From: Eledone cirrhosa
Lineage: Eukaryota
Reading direction: 5' to 3'
Assembly (NCBI GenBank): GCA_964016885.1
Contig: CAXHJY010000960.1
Coordinates: 1 to 62,882, forward strand
Length of the DNA: 62,882 nucleotides
Position numbers and translations under genes: made by a program. Position 1 is the first letter of the stretch. Every line of letters starts with the position of its first letter. Of the stretch, positions 28,190 to 43,708 are shown piece after piece. Under the pieces are notes generated by a model that was not told the origin of the DNA, ran no database searches, and saw only the letters and a program-made list of their open reading frames with translations.

Positions 28190-28765
28190 TATCCCAGTAC
28201 AACCTGTCTCATGGTCGGGTCGTTGGCGACTAAACTGGCAACCCCACCAAGGTTTCTTGGTGAGGAGGGTGACTTTGGACATCCTGCAGGACTAAAAACA
28301 AAACCTGCCAAAGGGCAAAGGAGCTCTTAAGAGTCAATGGCCATCCAAAATCACCGGGAGAGATGACCCCTTAGCCTTTATCAAGGCAGAATTCTAGGAG
28401 AAGGAAAACTCTGATATAACACCTGCAACTCTGATGGTATCCAATGATGTTGACATGTTCTTCTTTTTGGTAAATATCATCTTGGTTAAGAGAGTGGGAC
28501 TGGCTTTGTGCAGTGCCTTTGCTCACTATAAAAGCTTCACGGCTTAGGCATTGCTTTATATCTGGAGATCTCTCTGCACTTGTCGTCACATGGTGCCATG
28601 GGCCCAGCACTATGTGTCAATAATTGTCACAAGTGTAGTGTTTGTACCAGAGTTTTCAAGTCCCTGGCTGGACTAAAAAGTCACACTCGTTCAGCTCATC
28701 GGTAAGGGTTCTCCTACATGGATATAAAGTAGTGTCCGTACTCGAAAACGAGTTGGCAGCCACCA
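28190..28765 (+). mobile_element. Non-autonomous bipartite RTE-derived element (about 580 bp) in (TATG)n
   Basis: RTE-type 5' UTR motif ctaggagaaggaaaactctga; 3' part encodes a C2H2 finger HKCSVCTRVFKSLAGLKSHTRSAHR*; near-identical copies at 17157 and 62502. Confidence 0.75.
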
Positions 28766-29148
28766 TGTATGTATGTATGTATGTATGTATGTTCTTCTGG
28801 TTTTATAATTTCACAAATGTTTACCAATAGAGAGAGAGTCGGTTTCTAACATAGACACAAGATTCTCTCATTGGAATTTATACAACATCAACTAGGGTAG
28901 ATTATGTATGCATGGTTGCATGAATGCATGTGTAGATATGGATGTTATTGTATGTGTGGTTGTGTATGTTTTGAGTTGTATGTGTGCATGTGTATATGCT
29001 TTGTATCTGTATATGTATATATGCAGTTATTAGATGCAACATTTTTGGAATGTTTTACATATGTCTGTATGTGTGTATGGGCGTTCGTGTACATACGCAA
29101 TTATGTGTGTATATGTGTCTATTTCTTTTAATGCCTATGTGTTTCCCA

Positions 29149-29208
<60 letters not shown>

Positions 29209-29279
29209 TCATATATGTTGGGAAAAACCTAGGCATTAAAAGAAATAGACACCTATACGCATATAATTGCGTATGTACG

Positions 29280-29332
<53 letters not shown>

Positions 29333-29333
29333 C

Positions 29334-29400
<67 letters not shown>

Positions 29401-29850
29401 CCGCCAACAAGCCGCCAGTATTTCCCGCCTTCCTTATTAAAGTCTATTTCTTGTTAGTTTTTCCGTTTTCACCTCCACCTTCTCCCCCTCCTCCTCTGCC
29501 TCCTCTTCCGCCTCCTCCTCCCATTCATATTTCTCCTCTAGCCCCCCATATCACAAACACCGCCATCTTTGATGACTTCCTATATAATATTTCTCCTCTA
29601 TTCCATTTGATTGTTTCATTGTTTACCTAACATCATCGCCTTCCTTATTCTCTAGCCCCCTCCCCCCCCCACTCCCCACCACCTAACTAACACCTCCTCT
29701 TACTCCTCCTCCTTCTCCTCCACTGCTCCTTCTTCTCTTCCCTTAAACAGACCTTCCTTCCTTCTTTCCTTCAGATATTTTTATCTATTATTATTGTTGA
29801 CTTTGGTGTTTTTTACGTTTGATACTATTTCTATTATTTAAACAACTTTA

Positions 29851-29977
29851 CGAGGTTAACTTTGCCTTTCATCCTTACGGGGTCGATAAAATAAAGTACC
29901 AGTAATGTACTGGGGGATCGATTTAATTGACTTTCCCTTCCCCCCAAATTGCTGGCCTTGTGCCTATATAAGAAACC
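29851..29977 (+). mobile_element. Same SINE, longer subfamily, 5'-truncated
   Basis: TSD attatttaaacaacttta at 29833-29850 and 29978-29995. Confidence 0.85.
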
Positions 29978-30114
29978 ATTATTTAAACAACTTTATTATA
30001 TATTTTCTGTGTTGTTTGTATTGTTTTATTTTGCTGTTTGTTTTGTTTTTTTTGTATTTTCTTTTATTTTTATTTCTTATTTTCTATTTTTTAATTTTCA
30101 TTATCCATTTTTCC

Positions 30115-30157
<43 letters not shown>

Positions 30158-30389
30158 GGACCTTTATCAGCACCAATAATTTCCAAAAGTCCTTAGACTG
30201 GTAGTTCTTCAATAGAACTGTACCTGTTCAGTATAGACTCTACTGGCATGGCTGTGATGGAGCAATCAACAATCGTACTTATCCGAGATGTGTATAGGGT
30301 AACGAAACTGTCCGGCATACACTCGTCCGGTGTTCGAGTATCGCTGTTGCTTTGTGGGTTCATGTCTAACAACAGTTATTACATACTGG

Positions 30390-30656
30390 GAGTATCGGTA
30401 GAGGGTCTGACATACTGGGAGTATCGGTAGAGGGTCTGACATACTGGGAGTATCGGTAGAGGTCGGAGGTAGATTCGGTAGAGATTGGCAGTATCGGTAG
30501 AGGGTTGGACGCCATGCTTTCCAGCATAGTTACGTCCCTTTACAATCTGAGTTCAAATCCCGCCGAGGTTGACTTTGCCTTTCATCCTTACGGGGTCGAT
30601 AAAATAAAGTACCAGAAATGCACTGGGATAATTGCTGGCCTTGTGCCTAAAGTAGA
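30390..30656 (+). mobile_element. SINE with stuttered 5' head
   Basis: TSD aacagttattacatactgg at 30371-30389 and 30657-30675. Confidence 0.8.
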
Positions 30657-30795
30657 AACAGTTATTACATACTGGACAGTTTAGGTTGTCAGTCGTCGTT
30701 TAATGTTTCGGTATCGCTGCTTTTGTGAAGATTGAACCAATATTACTCTTCTTCGGCCTATGTTAGAAAACAAATATCATTGTGATGTGTGCTAG

Positions 30796-31368
30796 GTGGA
30801 TTGACAGTATTGGTAGAGGGTCTGACGCCATGCTAGTGTGGTGGATTGACAGTATCGGTAGAGGGTCTGACGCCATGCTAGTGTGGTGGATTGACAGTAT
30901 TGGTAAAGGGTCTGACGCCATGCTAGTGTGGTGGATTGACAGTATTGGTAGAGGGTCTGACGCCATGCTAGTGTGGTGGATTGACAGTATTGGTAGAGGG
31001 TCTGACGCCATGCTAGTGTGGTGGATTGACAGTATTGGTAGAGGGTCTGACGCCATGCTAGTGTGGTGGATTGACAGTATCGGTAGAGGGTCTGACGCCA
31101 TGCTAGTGTGGTGGATTGACAGTATTGGTAAAGGGTCTGACGCCATGCTAGTGTGGTGGATTGACAGTATTGGTAGAGGGTCTGACGCCATGCTAGTGTG
31201 GTGGATTGACAGTATTGGTAGAGGGTCTGACGCCATGCTTTGCAGCAAAGAATTACGGCCCTTCATGGTCTGAGTTCAAATCCCACCGAGGTTAACTTTC
31301 CCTTTCATCCTTACGGGATCGATAAAATAAAGTACCAGTAATACACTGGGATAATTGCTGTAGAAACA
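30796..31368 (+). mobile_element. SINE whose 45-bp head is tandemly amplified 10 times (30796-31240)
   Basis: Unit gtggattgacagtattggtagagggtctgacgccatgctagtgtg; TSD att(g/a)tgatgtgtgctagg at 30779-30796 and 31369-31386. Confidence 0.85.
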
Positions 31369-31387
31369 ATTATGATGTGTGCTAGGG

Positions 31388-31601
31388 CAAAGATGTCAAA
31401 CATGCGGCCCGCTCAGAGGTTTTTACAGCGCAAGCATGTTTTATCTTCATAATATAAATAGTTGTAATAAAAATAGTTGTAATGTGCGCAATTAGTTGTC
31501 GTACGTGGCCCTCAGACAACACATATGTGACTCATGTGGCCCTCAGACAACACATATGTGATCCATCTGGCCCTCGGTGAACCCTCAGTCTGACATGCTT
31601 G
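31388..31601. mobile_element. hAT-type MITE, older
   Basis: Imperfect TIRs caaagatgtcaaac / gtctgacatgcttg; 8-bp TSD tgctaggg/tgttaggg; internal gtggccctcagacaacacatatgtga x2. Confidence 0.7.
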
Positions 31602-32088
31602 TGTTAGGGGATGTCGATTAGCAAAATTGGTAGAGCGTCAGATAAAATATTTTGCGGCATTTCTACCTGCTCTTTACATTCTGAGTTCCAATGCCACTGA
31701 CATTGCCTTTAAATCCGCCCGGGGTCGATAAAGTAAAGAAAACTTTGTGCAACGAGGTCGATATAATGTACATCCCCTTCCCCATAAATTGTTAACCTTG
31801 TGCCTAAATTAGAAACCATTATTATGATGCATAATGTTACTATATATACGATATTACTCAATATCCCAATACTCTTATCTTTCACTATTACTCATTCTCT
31901 ATCCCCCTCTCTCTCTCTCTCTCAGTCTCACCCTCTCACTTACTCTCTCTCTCTCATACATACTCCCACTTTCACTCGAGATTTCTTTGTTTAGTTACAC
32001 CCAAACACATGCGGGCATAAAGATAAACATTTTGCACGTAATTCATAAGAAGAGCGGTACACAAATCTATGGGTATAGATTAAATGTA

Positions 32089-32134
<46 letters not shown>

Positions 32135-32187
32135 TATATATATATATATATATATATAGATAGATATATATACAGATATATATATAC

Positions 32188-32260
<73 letters not shown>

Positions 32261-32271
32261 TATATATATAC

Positions 32272-32348
<77 letters not shown>

Positions 32349-32407
32349 TACAGATATATATATATAGAGAGAGAGAGAGATATATATATATACAGATATA
32401 TATATAC

Positions 32408-32533
<126 letters not shown>

Positions 32534-32732
32534 TCAAATACACCCTATACACTCGTCGATAAATCATCAGAGTTCCTTTCGTCGCAACGTCTTATCATTT
32601 CTACACACATGTGCTAGCTTACCCAACACAGATACTCACTCATACACACACACACACCACACATGTGCTAGCTTGCCCAACACAGATACTCACTCATACA
32701 CACACACACACAGACACACACACACATAGACA

Positions 32733-32766
<34 letters not shown>

Positions 32767-32882
32767 ACACACGTGTGCTAGCTTACCCAACACACACACA
32801 CACGCACACACACCAGACACACACACATACACACCACACATACACCACACACGTGTACTAGCTTACCCAACACACACACTCA

Positions 32883-32916
<34 letters not shown>

Positions 32917-33283
32917 ACACACACACCACACACGTGTGTGCTTATTCTCCTGACTACCATGTCCATTAAACGTCTGATTCCATTGATAGTCAAAGGTCAA
33001 GTAATTACATGTAACGCTGTATGTAGATATTTACACACACATATGTATATATATATATATACTGTATGTATGTGTACGTATGTGTATGTATGTGTATGAT
33101 TGTGTGTTCGTATGTGTATGATTGTGTGTTCGTATGTGTATGATTGTGTGTTCGTATGTGCCCATATGTTTCTGCATATTTCTGTGCGTTTTTGTGTATG
33201 CATGTTGAGTGCAAATATTGTTGCACATGTAATACATATATAGATGTGTGTGTGTGTGTCTGTATGTGTGTATGTAGGTGTAT

Positions 33284-33316
<33 letters not shown>

Positions 33317-33515
33317 TGGGTGTGTGTGTGTTTGTGTGACTACATGCGTCGAAATAAGTAACTATTTTTCATTTCCGTGAAAGAAATCAACATAAACACA
33401 CATAAAGATCAGTATTATACGCATACATCCACACATATATACATATATGTATATGTATGTGTATGTGTATGTGTATGTCTGTATATATAAGCAAAGAAAA
33501 GCGGACTTAATATGA

Positions 33516-33568
<53 letters not shown>

Positions 33569-33650
33569 ATATTTTTACATATATATGTATATACATATAT
33601 TTATATATTATATATATTTATGCATATATATATTTATATAAATATGTATG

Positions 33651-33726
<76 letters not shown>

Positions 33727-33727
33727 C

Positions 33728-33758
<31 letters not shown>

Positions 33759-33759
33759 C

Positions 33760-33826
<67 letters not shown>

Positions 33827-34341
33827 CGTATATGAATACGTACGCATACACACATACATACACACACACATACACACATACATACATACATACATACACA
33901 CATACATACATACATACACATACACACACATACATACATACATACATACATACATACATACATACATACATACATCTATAAGAGTCGGTCGTGTCCTAAC
34001 CCCTAACTACACCCCTCCATATGTTGCTGTCTCACATCATAATACAAAGTCAAGACAAACATCTTTTATCGTATAAAAGCAACAGAAATTTCATTAGTTA
34101 ATGCTATTTCCTTCTATTACCATTTACGATTTCATTGGAAATTCCTTTACATAGTAAAACAACAGAGTTCTGTCGTATCTGTATTTATATATACAACTGA
34201 ACATGGAGATTATAGACAATTGGAGGGGAGAAGACACAATACAAAAGGCTTCTTACTCTCTCTCACTCTCTCTCACAATCTCTTTCTCTTTCTCATTCTC
34301 TGTCTCTCAGACGCTCTCTCTCTCACTCTCTCACATTCTCT

Positions 34342-34502
<161 letters not shown>

Positions 34503-34505
34503 GTG

Positions 34506-34640
<135 letters not shown>

Positions 34641-34707
34641 TACTCTCTTATTCTCTTAATAGGTCTCACTCTCTTTTTGTCTCTTTCTCTCTCTCTCTCA
34701 GATTCTC

Positions 34708-34738
<31 letters not shown>

Positions 34739-35454
34739 ATCTATATATATATATATATATATATATCCCTCTCTCTCTCTTACTCTTTCATCTCTCTTTC
34801 TATCTCGCTCTTTCTAGCTCTCCCCACCTCTCTTTCTCAAGAAGATTTCTAATCAGCCATGTATCATTTTAATGTAATAATACATGATATGTGATTCATG
34901 ACCACACGTTGCCAATATAAAGCTGCCCGGCCATCATTTCTATTAAACATTCTTTTACCAATTCTTAATTCCTAAACTCTTTCCATTCTCTTCTATTGTA
35001 TTTATTGTATTTATTGATTGTGACGGTCTTCCAATACGCACGTACTAACGTATACACATATACACATGCTCATTCACACACGCAGACTCATGTGCATGCA
35101 TATGCACACATGCACATTCACATACATACACACACTTGATCCCATACTCACATGCATACACACACATGCACATGCACACATGAACATATATTTCTCTAAA
35201 TTCGTAAGATTCATTCATTTGAGAAAAAAACAGAGAACTTTTCCTGTATCATTATGTTGAGTGGATTGGCAGACTCGGTAGAGAGTCGGACGCCATGCTT
35301 TGACGCATAGAGTTACGGCCCTTGCCATTCTGAGTTCAAATCCCGCCGAGGTTGACTTTGCCTTTCATCCTTACGGGATCGATAAAATAAAGTACTAGTA
35401 ATACACTGAGTAATTGCTGGCCTTGTGCCAAAAGTAGAAACAATTCTGTTAGAG

Positions 35455-35636
35455 CAGTGGTTCTCAACCTTTATTGCCAACGGTACACCTTGGAACACAT
35501 GAAAACATAGCTGCACACCTGGCTAAATATATATATGAAAAATATTTGAATTTTATAAAATAAAAACATAGCGAAAATAAAATTTCGCGGCACACTTAGA
35601 AAGATCTCGCGGTACACCAGTGGTTGAGAATCACTG
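35455..35636. mobile_element. hAT-type MITE
   Basis: TIRs cagtggttctcaacc / ggttgagaatcactg; perfect 8-bp TSD tgttagag. Confidence 0.88.
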
Positions 35637-35794
35637 TGTTAGAGAATTGCGGGTTTTTTCTGGTTCTTTATGATCTGAGTTCAAGCCCTGCCAAGGCCAT
35701 GAAATAATGTACCAGTCGAGTACAGCGACTGATTCTATCGAGTAATCCTACTCTGAAAATGTTGTGGTAAAGTTATTGGACGAATTTACGATCA

Positions 35795-36010
35795 TAATGT
35801 CGTGGGTTCGATTCCTGGACTGGGTTGTGTGTTGTGTTCTTGAGCAAAACACTTCATTTCACGTTGCTCCAGTGTAGTCAACTGAAAATGAATACCAGCA
35901 ATACGATGGACTACCGTCCTGTCCAGGGGCTTAACCCAACTCTCAGTCGCTTCACGCCATTGAAAACAGATTAAGGACCGACCTGATGAGCTTCCGTGCT
36001 CGAGACATAG
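35795..36010 (+). mobile_element. Second tRNA-derived SINE family (V/Meta-domain-like core)
   Basis: B-box gggttcgattcc, then ttgtgttcttgagcaaaacacttcatttcacgttgctccag; relatives at 26130-26350 (+) and 19650-19740 (-). Confidence 0.65.
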
Positions 36011-36595
36011 TTTAGACATTTTTTCAACCTCACAGCGAAATAACACAACAGATGGCGAATTGGCAGTGAATTAACACGATCGGTAGAGCGTCAAATAAAA
36101 TATGGTGTGCTATTTATTCCCGCTTTTTAATATTAATTTCAGGAATAAGCTGTTCTATTGATAAAACAGCAAATGAAACACCCACCGTCGAAACCGACGA
36201 AGGCCCATTCAATTGAATTCCAATTGACCACATAGAAACTCATATGGTTGGCTTGGATATATTTAATATTCAAATAATGGCTAGAGAAAATATATCAAAA
36301 TAAACGATAAAATAGTCTTCTTCGTGATTAATATGGTCAGTGTTTGAAGCAAATTTGATTTCATTTGCTCTTAAAGACCTGTTCACAATGATGGGTTCCA
36401 GAACACCTATTCCGTTATTACCTTATTCCATTATTCTATTCATTGTTCTATTAATCTTTTATTCGGTCGTCTATCATATATTTTGAATCGTTTAGTAACG
36501 GCTGAGAGATTCTGTGTGGCATTTAATGCCTATTGTCTATTGAGATTAAATCTCAGTCTGTACCGCCATACCATTATCGATATGTATTTATTGAA

Positions 36596-36646
<51 letters not shown>

Positions 36647-36746
36647 TGTGTGCGTGTGTGTGCGTGTGTGTGTGGGGGGTGTATCTATGCGTGTGTACGT
36701 GGTTGTATAGCTGGCCAACTTTTTAACAAGTCATACACATATGCAC

Positions 36747-36940
<194 letters not shown>

Positions 36941-37935
36941 GAAGTGGAATGACCCGATATTTTATGCCAATTTCCTCGAACGTTTCAACCATCTGCCATA
37001 CCACATCCCCTACCTACCCACCACACAGAGGAAGACAATCCGCTCTTCTATCCTTTCAACCAACTCTACCATACCATGCCCTCCACCACACCACTCCCTC
37101 CACAAATGACAATAAGACAGCCCGTTCTGTGTCGAGGTAAAGCATTATTAGTTCAATCTTCACATTTGACTATGACTGGTAACCGGAACTGGCCAGCACG
37201 TGATATCAGGTGCTCGACATAAACCCACAAAGCAACAGCGATACTCGGACATGGACTAAACGAGAGCCTATCGGACAGTTTCGTGACCCTGGGCTCATCA
37301 CAGACAGGTTCGGTTGCTGCTGATTGCTGCTTCCCAGCCATGCCTGTAGAATTTATCGCGGAAAGGCAGAGCCACTCAGAAGAACTACTAGTCTAGGGAC
37401 TTTCGGAAATTATCCGCAGAGTCACGAATAAAGAGGTCCTTGGCCCACACCTAGAAACCCGGCCTCGATTCACGCTCTGACAGTCTCTTCCATATGGGTC
37501 GTCACGATCATAATGAACACAGCTCTATGAATACGGACCGGAACAACACTGTCCACGGGAGGTCTGCGGTTTTTTCTAAGAAACTTCTACTATATGCACG
37601 GACACACACATATAGACCTACATACATGCATACTCATACACACAGACAAACACACACATACACTCGTATATGCCCTGGAGAGAAACAAGTATACAAACTA
37701 TCATAAACATGTGTACATACATGCACGAGAAGTTAAAGATACTGCAACTCTGTCCATTTCTCTATCTGCCTTTATATGTGTGTATACATTTGTGAGTATG
37801 CGTGTATAGAAAGATAGATAGGTAGGTAGAAATATATATATATATTTATATTTATATATATATATAAATATATATAAATATATATAATAAGGAAAAGCGA
37901 AGTAGTTTCAGATGTTCAAGTCCTTTAATAATAAT

Positions 37936-38115
37936 TGTTTCTACTTTAGGCACACGGCCAGCAATTACCCAGTGCATTACTGGTACTTTATTTTATCGAC
38001 CCCGAAAGGATGAAAGGCAAAGTTAACCTCGGCAGGGATTTGAACTCAGTCCATAAAGAGACGTAACTATGCTGCAAAGCATGGCGTCCGACCCTCTACC
38101 GAAACTGCCAATCCA
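37936..38115 (-). mobile_element. SINE inserted into a hammerhead element
   Basis: TSD aagtcctttaataataat at 37918-37935 and 38116-38133. Confidence 0.85.
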
Positions 38116-38133
38116 AAGTCCTTTAATAATAAT

Positions 38134-38207
38134 GCTGTGATATATATTTCAGTGACGACACTGGCCACACTGTTCTGTGTGCGAGTGTCGTGTCATCATC
38201 AGACAGC
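38134..38207 (-). ncRNA. Type I hammerhead motif
   Basis: Minus: gctgt CTGATGA tgacacgacact...agtgtcgtcact GAAA tatata T C acagc. Confidence 0.78.
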
Positions 38208-38396
38208 TTGTTACATAATAAGGTTATGTTTCCGAGGCAATCCAAATTGGATCGACATGGGAACGGATGAATTGCGTGTTTTGGGGTTTTTAATCCGCTC
38301 CCTTTCATCCGCTTTTCCTTATTCGATATTTACTCCGTCACTCCTATGTGGAAAAAGTACGTTGAGTGCTTGAATTGAATTGCATCAATGTTTACC

Positions 38397-38498
<102 letters not shown>

Positions 38499-38621
38499 GG
38501 AGGTGAGTTTTATTGTAGTACAATAAAGCAATGCAGATATCGGATAAGAAGCACTCTACAGTTTGTAGGACTGGAGTATGCATAATATAAGATCAAAAGA
38601 TGGTTAAAGGAGTTCCATATA

Positions 38622-38688
38622 TTTTATTATGCGCATTTCAAAAACAAACATCATCATGCAATAAAATTTGTGTTTTCATCAGATAAAA
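38622..38688 (-). ncRNA. Type I hammerhead motif (family B)
   Basis: Same core and stems as other family B copies. Confidence 0.78.
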
Positions 38689-38829
38689 CAGGAGAACATG
38701 ATATGAAGGCTAAAAAACACTTGTGGATAGTGCAGTTTTAAATCAACATATGAAAAGTGGTTTTAGATTGATGTGTGATATTGGGAAAAATATTTTATTT
38801 AGAGAGGGGGGGTGGAAAGGATGAAAAGG

Positions 38830-38943
<114 letters not shown>

Positions 38944-38990
38944 ATACAATAATATTAAATAAATGGAAACTATATTTATAAAACCATATT

Positions 38991-39053
38991 TATTTTATTA
39001 TATATATTTCAAGGGTACCAAAACACTTTCGTACGCTTTCTTCAGATAAAATA
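38991..39053 (-). ncRNA. Type I hammerhead motif (family D)
   Basis: Minus: tattttat CTGAAGA aagcgtac...gtaccctt GAAA tatata T A ataaaata. Confidence 0.8.
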
Positions 39054-39244
39054 CAAAGTTTGTTTTATAAATAGAGACATACCCAGGAAAATCATACCTT
39101 ATCGGTTGGATATTCTCTGGGTGCTCTAAATCAGTTATAAACATTTATATCTATATTTGCGGATCCCCAACAAATTAAATATCCCTTCTACTTATATATA
39201 TATATGTGTGTGTGTGTGTGTATATATGTGTGTGTGTGTGTGTG

Positions 39245-39276
<32 letters not shown>

Positions 39277-39322
39277 AATATATGAGTGAAGTAATTCCGT
39301 CGGAATATATATATATATATAC

Positions 39323-39371
<49 letters not shown>

Positions 39372-39381
39372 TAGACAGACC

Positions 39382-39412
<31 letters not shown>

Positions 39413-39437
39413 GGATAGATAGATAGATAGATAGATA

Positions 39438-39732
39438 TGTTTCTTTTATTTGCCACCAGGGCATCAAAAGTGGGACAAGTACAATGGGGGGAGTTTACAA
39501 AACAAGGCGTCCTCAATAAGGAGGAGGCAATAACAATATATAAAAATAAAATAAAATATAACAAAAAATAAAATTTATAACAAAGTCCTCAATAGAGAGG
39601 AGGCGCCTTGGGGGGTCGCACACACCCCCGAAAAAAGTGTGCAACCCTTCTCCTCAGGAGCACAGAGAAGGGGTGCTCCCTTGGTCTTTCATCTTCCTCA
39701 CCTATAGTCTGATGTAGAGTGAAGGCCCATTC
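39438..39732 (-). mobile_element. 5'-truncated 3' end of the same Tx1-like LINE, in (GATA)n
   Basis: Closely similar to 55065-55360 (gtttcttttatttgccac...gaaggcccattca); (GATA)n on both sides. Confidence 0.88.
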
Positions 39733-39884
<152 letters not shown>

Positions 39885-40784
39885 CCATTATGCATTAATG
39901 ATAAATGTGGTTGAACAATGAATAATTCGTTGTGAAGTCACCACACGGATCAATACACATTAATAGAACTTAAAATACACTTAAATTACCATTGATTTAT
40001 TTACCGGCATATATACACATACATATACACATATATACACAAATACATACATGCACACATACATATATACACATATACATACATACATACTTACATACAC
40101 ACATACATGCATACATATATGTGTGTGTGCGTGCGAAAAATATGGAAGTGGGCTGGAAATTTCATAGGCTAACTATGAAGGAGTGATGCTAGAGCTATGA
40201 AATCTTGCATGCATTAATTTCAACAGTATTCAACAGTATTAGTGGTTTCTGAATCACTTTGCTTAAAACCAAAGCCACTAGGTTAAATTCTGCATTCACC
40301 CATGAGGTTACCTATAAAGCAGATAGCAGTCATACACTAGGGACATTTCTAGCCAAACACACGCAGTCTCACAAATACGAGTTGAAAAACTTCGATGATT
40401 AACTGATACTATTGATATATTAGAAAGAAAGGACTCCCAGTAGAGATGCATAAAATGTTTTAAAACGTCAAGCACGGGAGATAACTCAACTAATACCAGC
40501 TGATTTAAATTTGTCAGTGTATGTTTGTGTGCGTTGTGTGTGTATATGTGAAATGTCTAACACCTATGTGTACGTATGTTAAATATACTTGTATATCGGT
40601 GTAATACTGTTACAAAGCTTGAACAAGAAGTGAAACCTCTTATATATATATATTTATATAAATTAAATTAAATTATATTATATATTTATATATATAGATA
40701 TATATAGATATATATTAATATTTATATATATATATATATGTATATATGTGTGTGTATATATATTTGTATATATATATTTATATT

Positions 40785-40827
<43 letters not shown>

Positions 40828-40920
40828 ATATATATATATTTATATTTATATATATATATATCGAGTCGTCTTCGAATTTTGGTCTTTGTATTTACTATTA
40901 CTATATATATGTGTGTGTGT

Positions 40921-41023
<103 letters not shown>

Positions 41024-41057
41024 TGTCTGTCTGTGTGTGTGTGTGTGTGTATGTGTG

Positions 41058-41210
<153 letters not shown>

Positions 41211-41424
41211 GTACTGACAATAACTAAAGCCATTCAGACACAGGTGGGCTTTCTGGAACAACCAACTGATGCAAATCTGAACGACTTACATTCTGATAAA
41301 CACCTGTGCAACGACAAATCAATATTAAGATATCAATACATACACACACACACGCACACACACACATCATACACAACCCACACACAGACGTGTATATATA
41401 TATATATATATATATATACATAAC

Positions 41425-41508
<84 letters not shown>

Positions 41509-41662
41509 TATACCTATATATATATATATATTTATGTATATATATACGTGTGTGTGTGTGTTGTGTATGTATATATATATATATATATATATATACATGC
41601 ATGTGTGTGTAGGAATGTAAATAGATATATAGTTATTTAGGTATGAATTGTGTGCATATGTA

Positions 41663-41751
<89 letters not shown>

Positions 41752-41754
41752 ATT

Positions 41755-41856
<102 letters not shown>

Positions 41857-42442
41857 ATATGTATATATATATATACATACATGTAGGTATCTATAGAATT
41901 GTATACGTACATGGAATCATAATTCTTGTCTGTGTTACAAAACTTCACTTAAGGTTTGCTATTTACTCTCTTATATATATTAATTGTAGATAATCGACAT
42001 ACATACTTAGTTGACAAGAATATAAAACTAAAACAAGCACCATGTGTTGTGTTGCCACATGTGACAAGTAGTGACAAGTAGTGAAAAGTAGTGAACCTGC
42101 TAGAAATAGCAACCAAATCACTCTTGAATAACGCCATGGTGCAATAAAGAAAAAAAAAAGCCATTAAAATACTTCAGTCGTAGAAAAGTATAAAAAAAGC
42201 AATCGCTGTTGAAATGCTTTTGATTTTGATCATAAGACTGCTCAACCGGGGCTGACCTGGGGCTAAACAAGAGCAACAACAACAACAACAACAACAACAG
42301 CAACAACAGTAACAACAACAACAACAGAATCGCCAATCCACGGCCATAGACGGGCACTATATTTTATCGGGTCTGAAAACTGACGATTTTTCCAGAGAAG
42401 GAAAGAGAGAGAGAGGGAGAGAGAGAGAGTAACACTGGGGAA

Positions 42443-42524
<82 letters not shown>

Positions 42525-42967
42525 TGACTAACACCAGTACTATGAAAGGTTAAAAGGTAAAATTGACCTCGGCGAGATTTGAACCTTCGATTACAGAAAG
42601 TAAAAAGACTAACACACGAATTCCTTCCATCGGACGTTCACACAACTCCAGCAATCCCCCCCCCCTTTCCTCCACCAAATCACCCGCCGCCATATTCCCT
42701 CCCAGGTTAGTTTCTCAATAGGTTGCTAGTAACTTTAGTTGCACTATAACATTTTTTCACGCTGTAACTGATACCAACATTCTTGACTAATTACTCTACA
42801 GATTAATTAAAAACACTCAAGTAATTCTGTCTTAAAACTACACGTGGATATTGTATAGCTAAATCACCTTACTATGTACTACATTCACTCACTATCTATT
42901 ACCCTTTCTCTCGCTCTCTCTCTCTCTATCTCTCTCTCTATCTATCTATCTATCTCCCTCTCCCCCG

Positions 42968-42998
<31 letters not shown>

Positions 42999-43058
42999 TC
43001 ATCTATTTTGATCTATATGCACTCTTTGCCTTCTTTATATACATTATATATCTATTAG

Positions 43059-43243
43059 GGGCGGTGGATTGGCAGTATCAGTAGAGGGTCGGACGCCATG
43101 CTTTCCAGCATAGTTACGTCCCTTTACGATCTGAGTTCAAATCCCGCCGAGGTTGACTTTGCCTTTCATCCTTACGGGGTCGATAAAATAAAGTACCAGT
43201 AATGCACTGGGTGATTGCTGGCCTTGTGCCTAAAGTAGAAACA
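43059..43243 (+). mobile_element. tRNA-head SINE with Deu/Nin-like core, full length
   Basis: A-box-like tggcagtatcagtagag, B-box gagttcaaatccc, core gcctttcatccttacggggtcgataaaataaagtacc, TSD attatatatct(a/g)ttag. Further copies near 6596, 31610, 35262, 42530, 47357, 52344, 52530, 61492, 61715, 61872. Confidence 0.85.
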
Positions 43244-43343
43244 ATTATATATCTGTTAGCATTCAGACAAAATCCATACACACACGTACACACACTCAGG
43301 CATACATATATATTCATATGCATACATAGACACATATATGTAA

Positions 43344-43411
<68 letters not shown>

Positions 43412-43431
43412 TGCGTGTATGTTTGTGTGTG

Positions 43432-43466
<35 letters not shown>

Positions 43467-43470
<4 letters not shown>

Positions 43471-43666
43471 TTAATATTGATGAGATTCTACAGGACTAGA
43501 ACTGTTTCATTCTTTAGAAATCATCAGGAATCTGATGATTTCTAAAGAATGAAACAGTCAGTTCTAGTCCTGTAGAATCTCATCTATATTAAAACTTTTA
43601 TACTCTGCAATGTATTGAGTACCTTACTTACTGTGGTTACCTCCGATTCAACCCGGAATAACGTAC
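43467..43666 (+). mobile_element. Family J palindrome (43467-43596) plus about 70 nt tail, in (TA)n
   Basis: agttttaatattgatgagattctacagg...tcatcag-gaat-ctgatga...cctgtagaatctcatctatattaaaact. Confidence 0.8.
43483..43533 (-). ncRNA. Type I hammerhead motif (family J)
   Basis: Minus: agattc CTGATGA tttctaaagaat GAAA cag-ttctagtc-ctg T A gaatct. Confidence 0.72.
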
Positions 43667-43667
43667 C

Positions 43668-43708
<41 letters not shown>

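Noticed and set aside
30796-31240. 45-bp array as a CRISPR or a repeat protein
   Set aside because: No unique spacers; the unit is the SINE head and lies inside a TSD.
37140-37570. GC-richer unique stretch as an exon
   Set aside because: No recognisable protein motif or convincing splice pair by eye; needs RNA-seq or BLAST.
40140-40230. Possible mariner-like terminal repeat
   Set aside because: No matching second end or target duplication found.
43059-43150. SINE heads as tRNA genes
   Set aside because: A- and B-box-like motifs only; they continue into a SINE body with TSDs.
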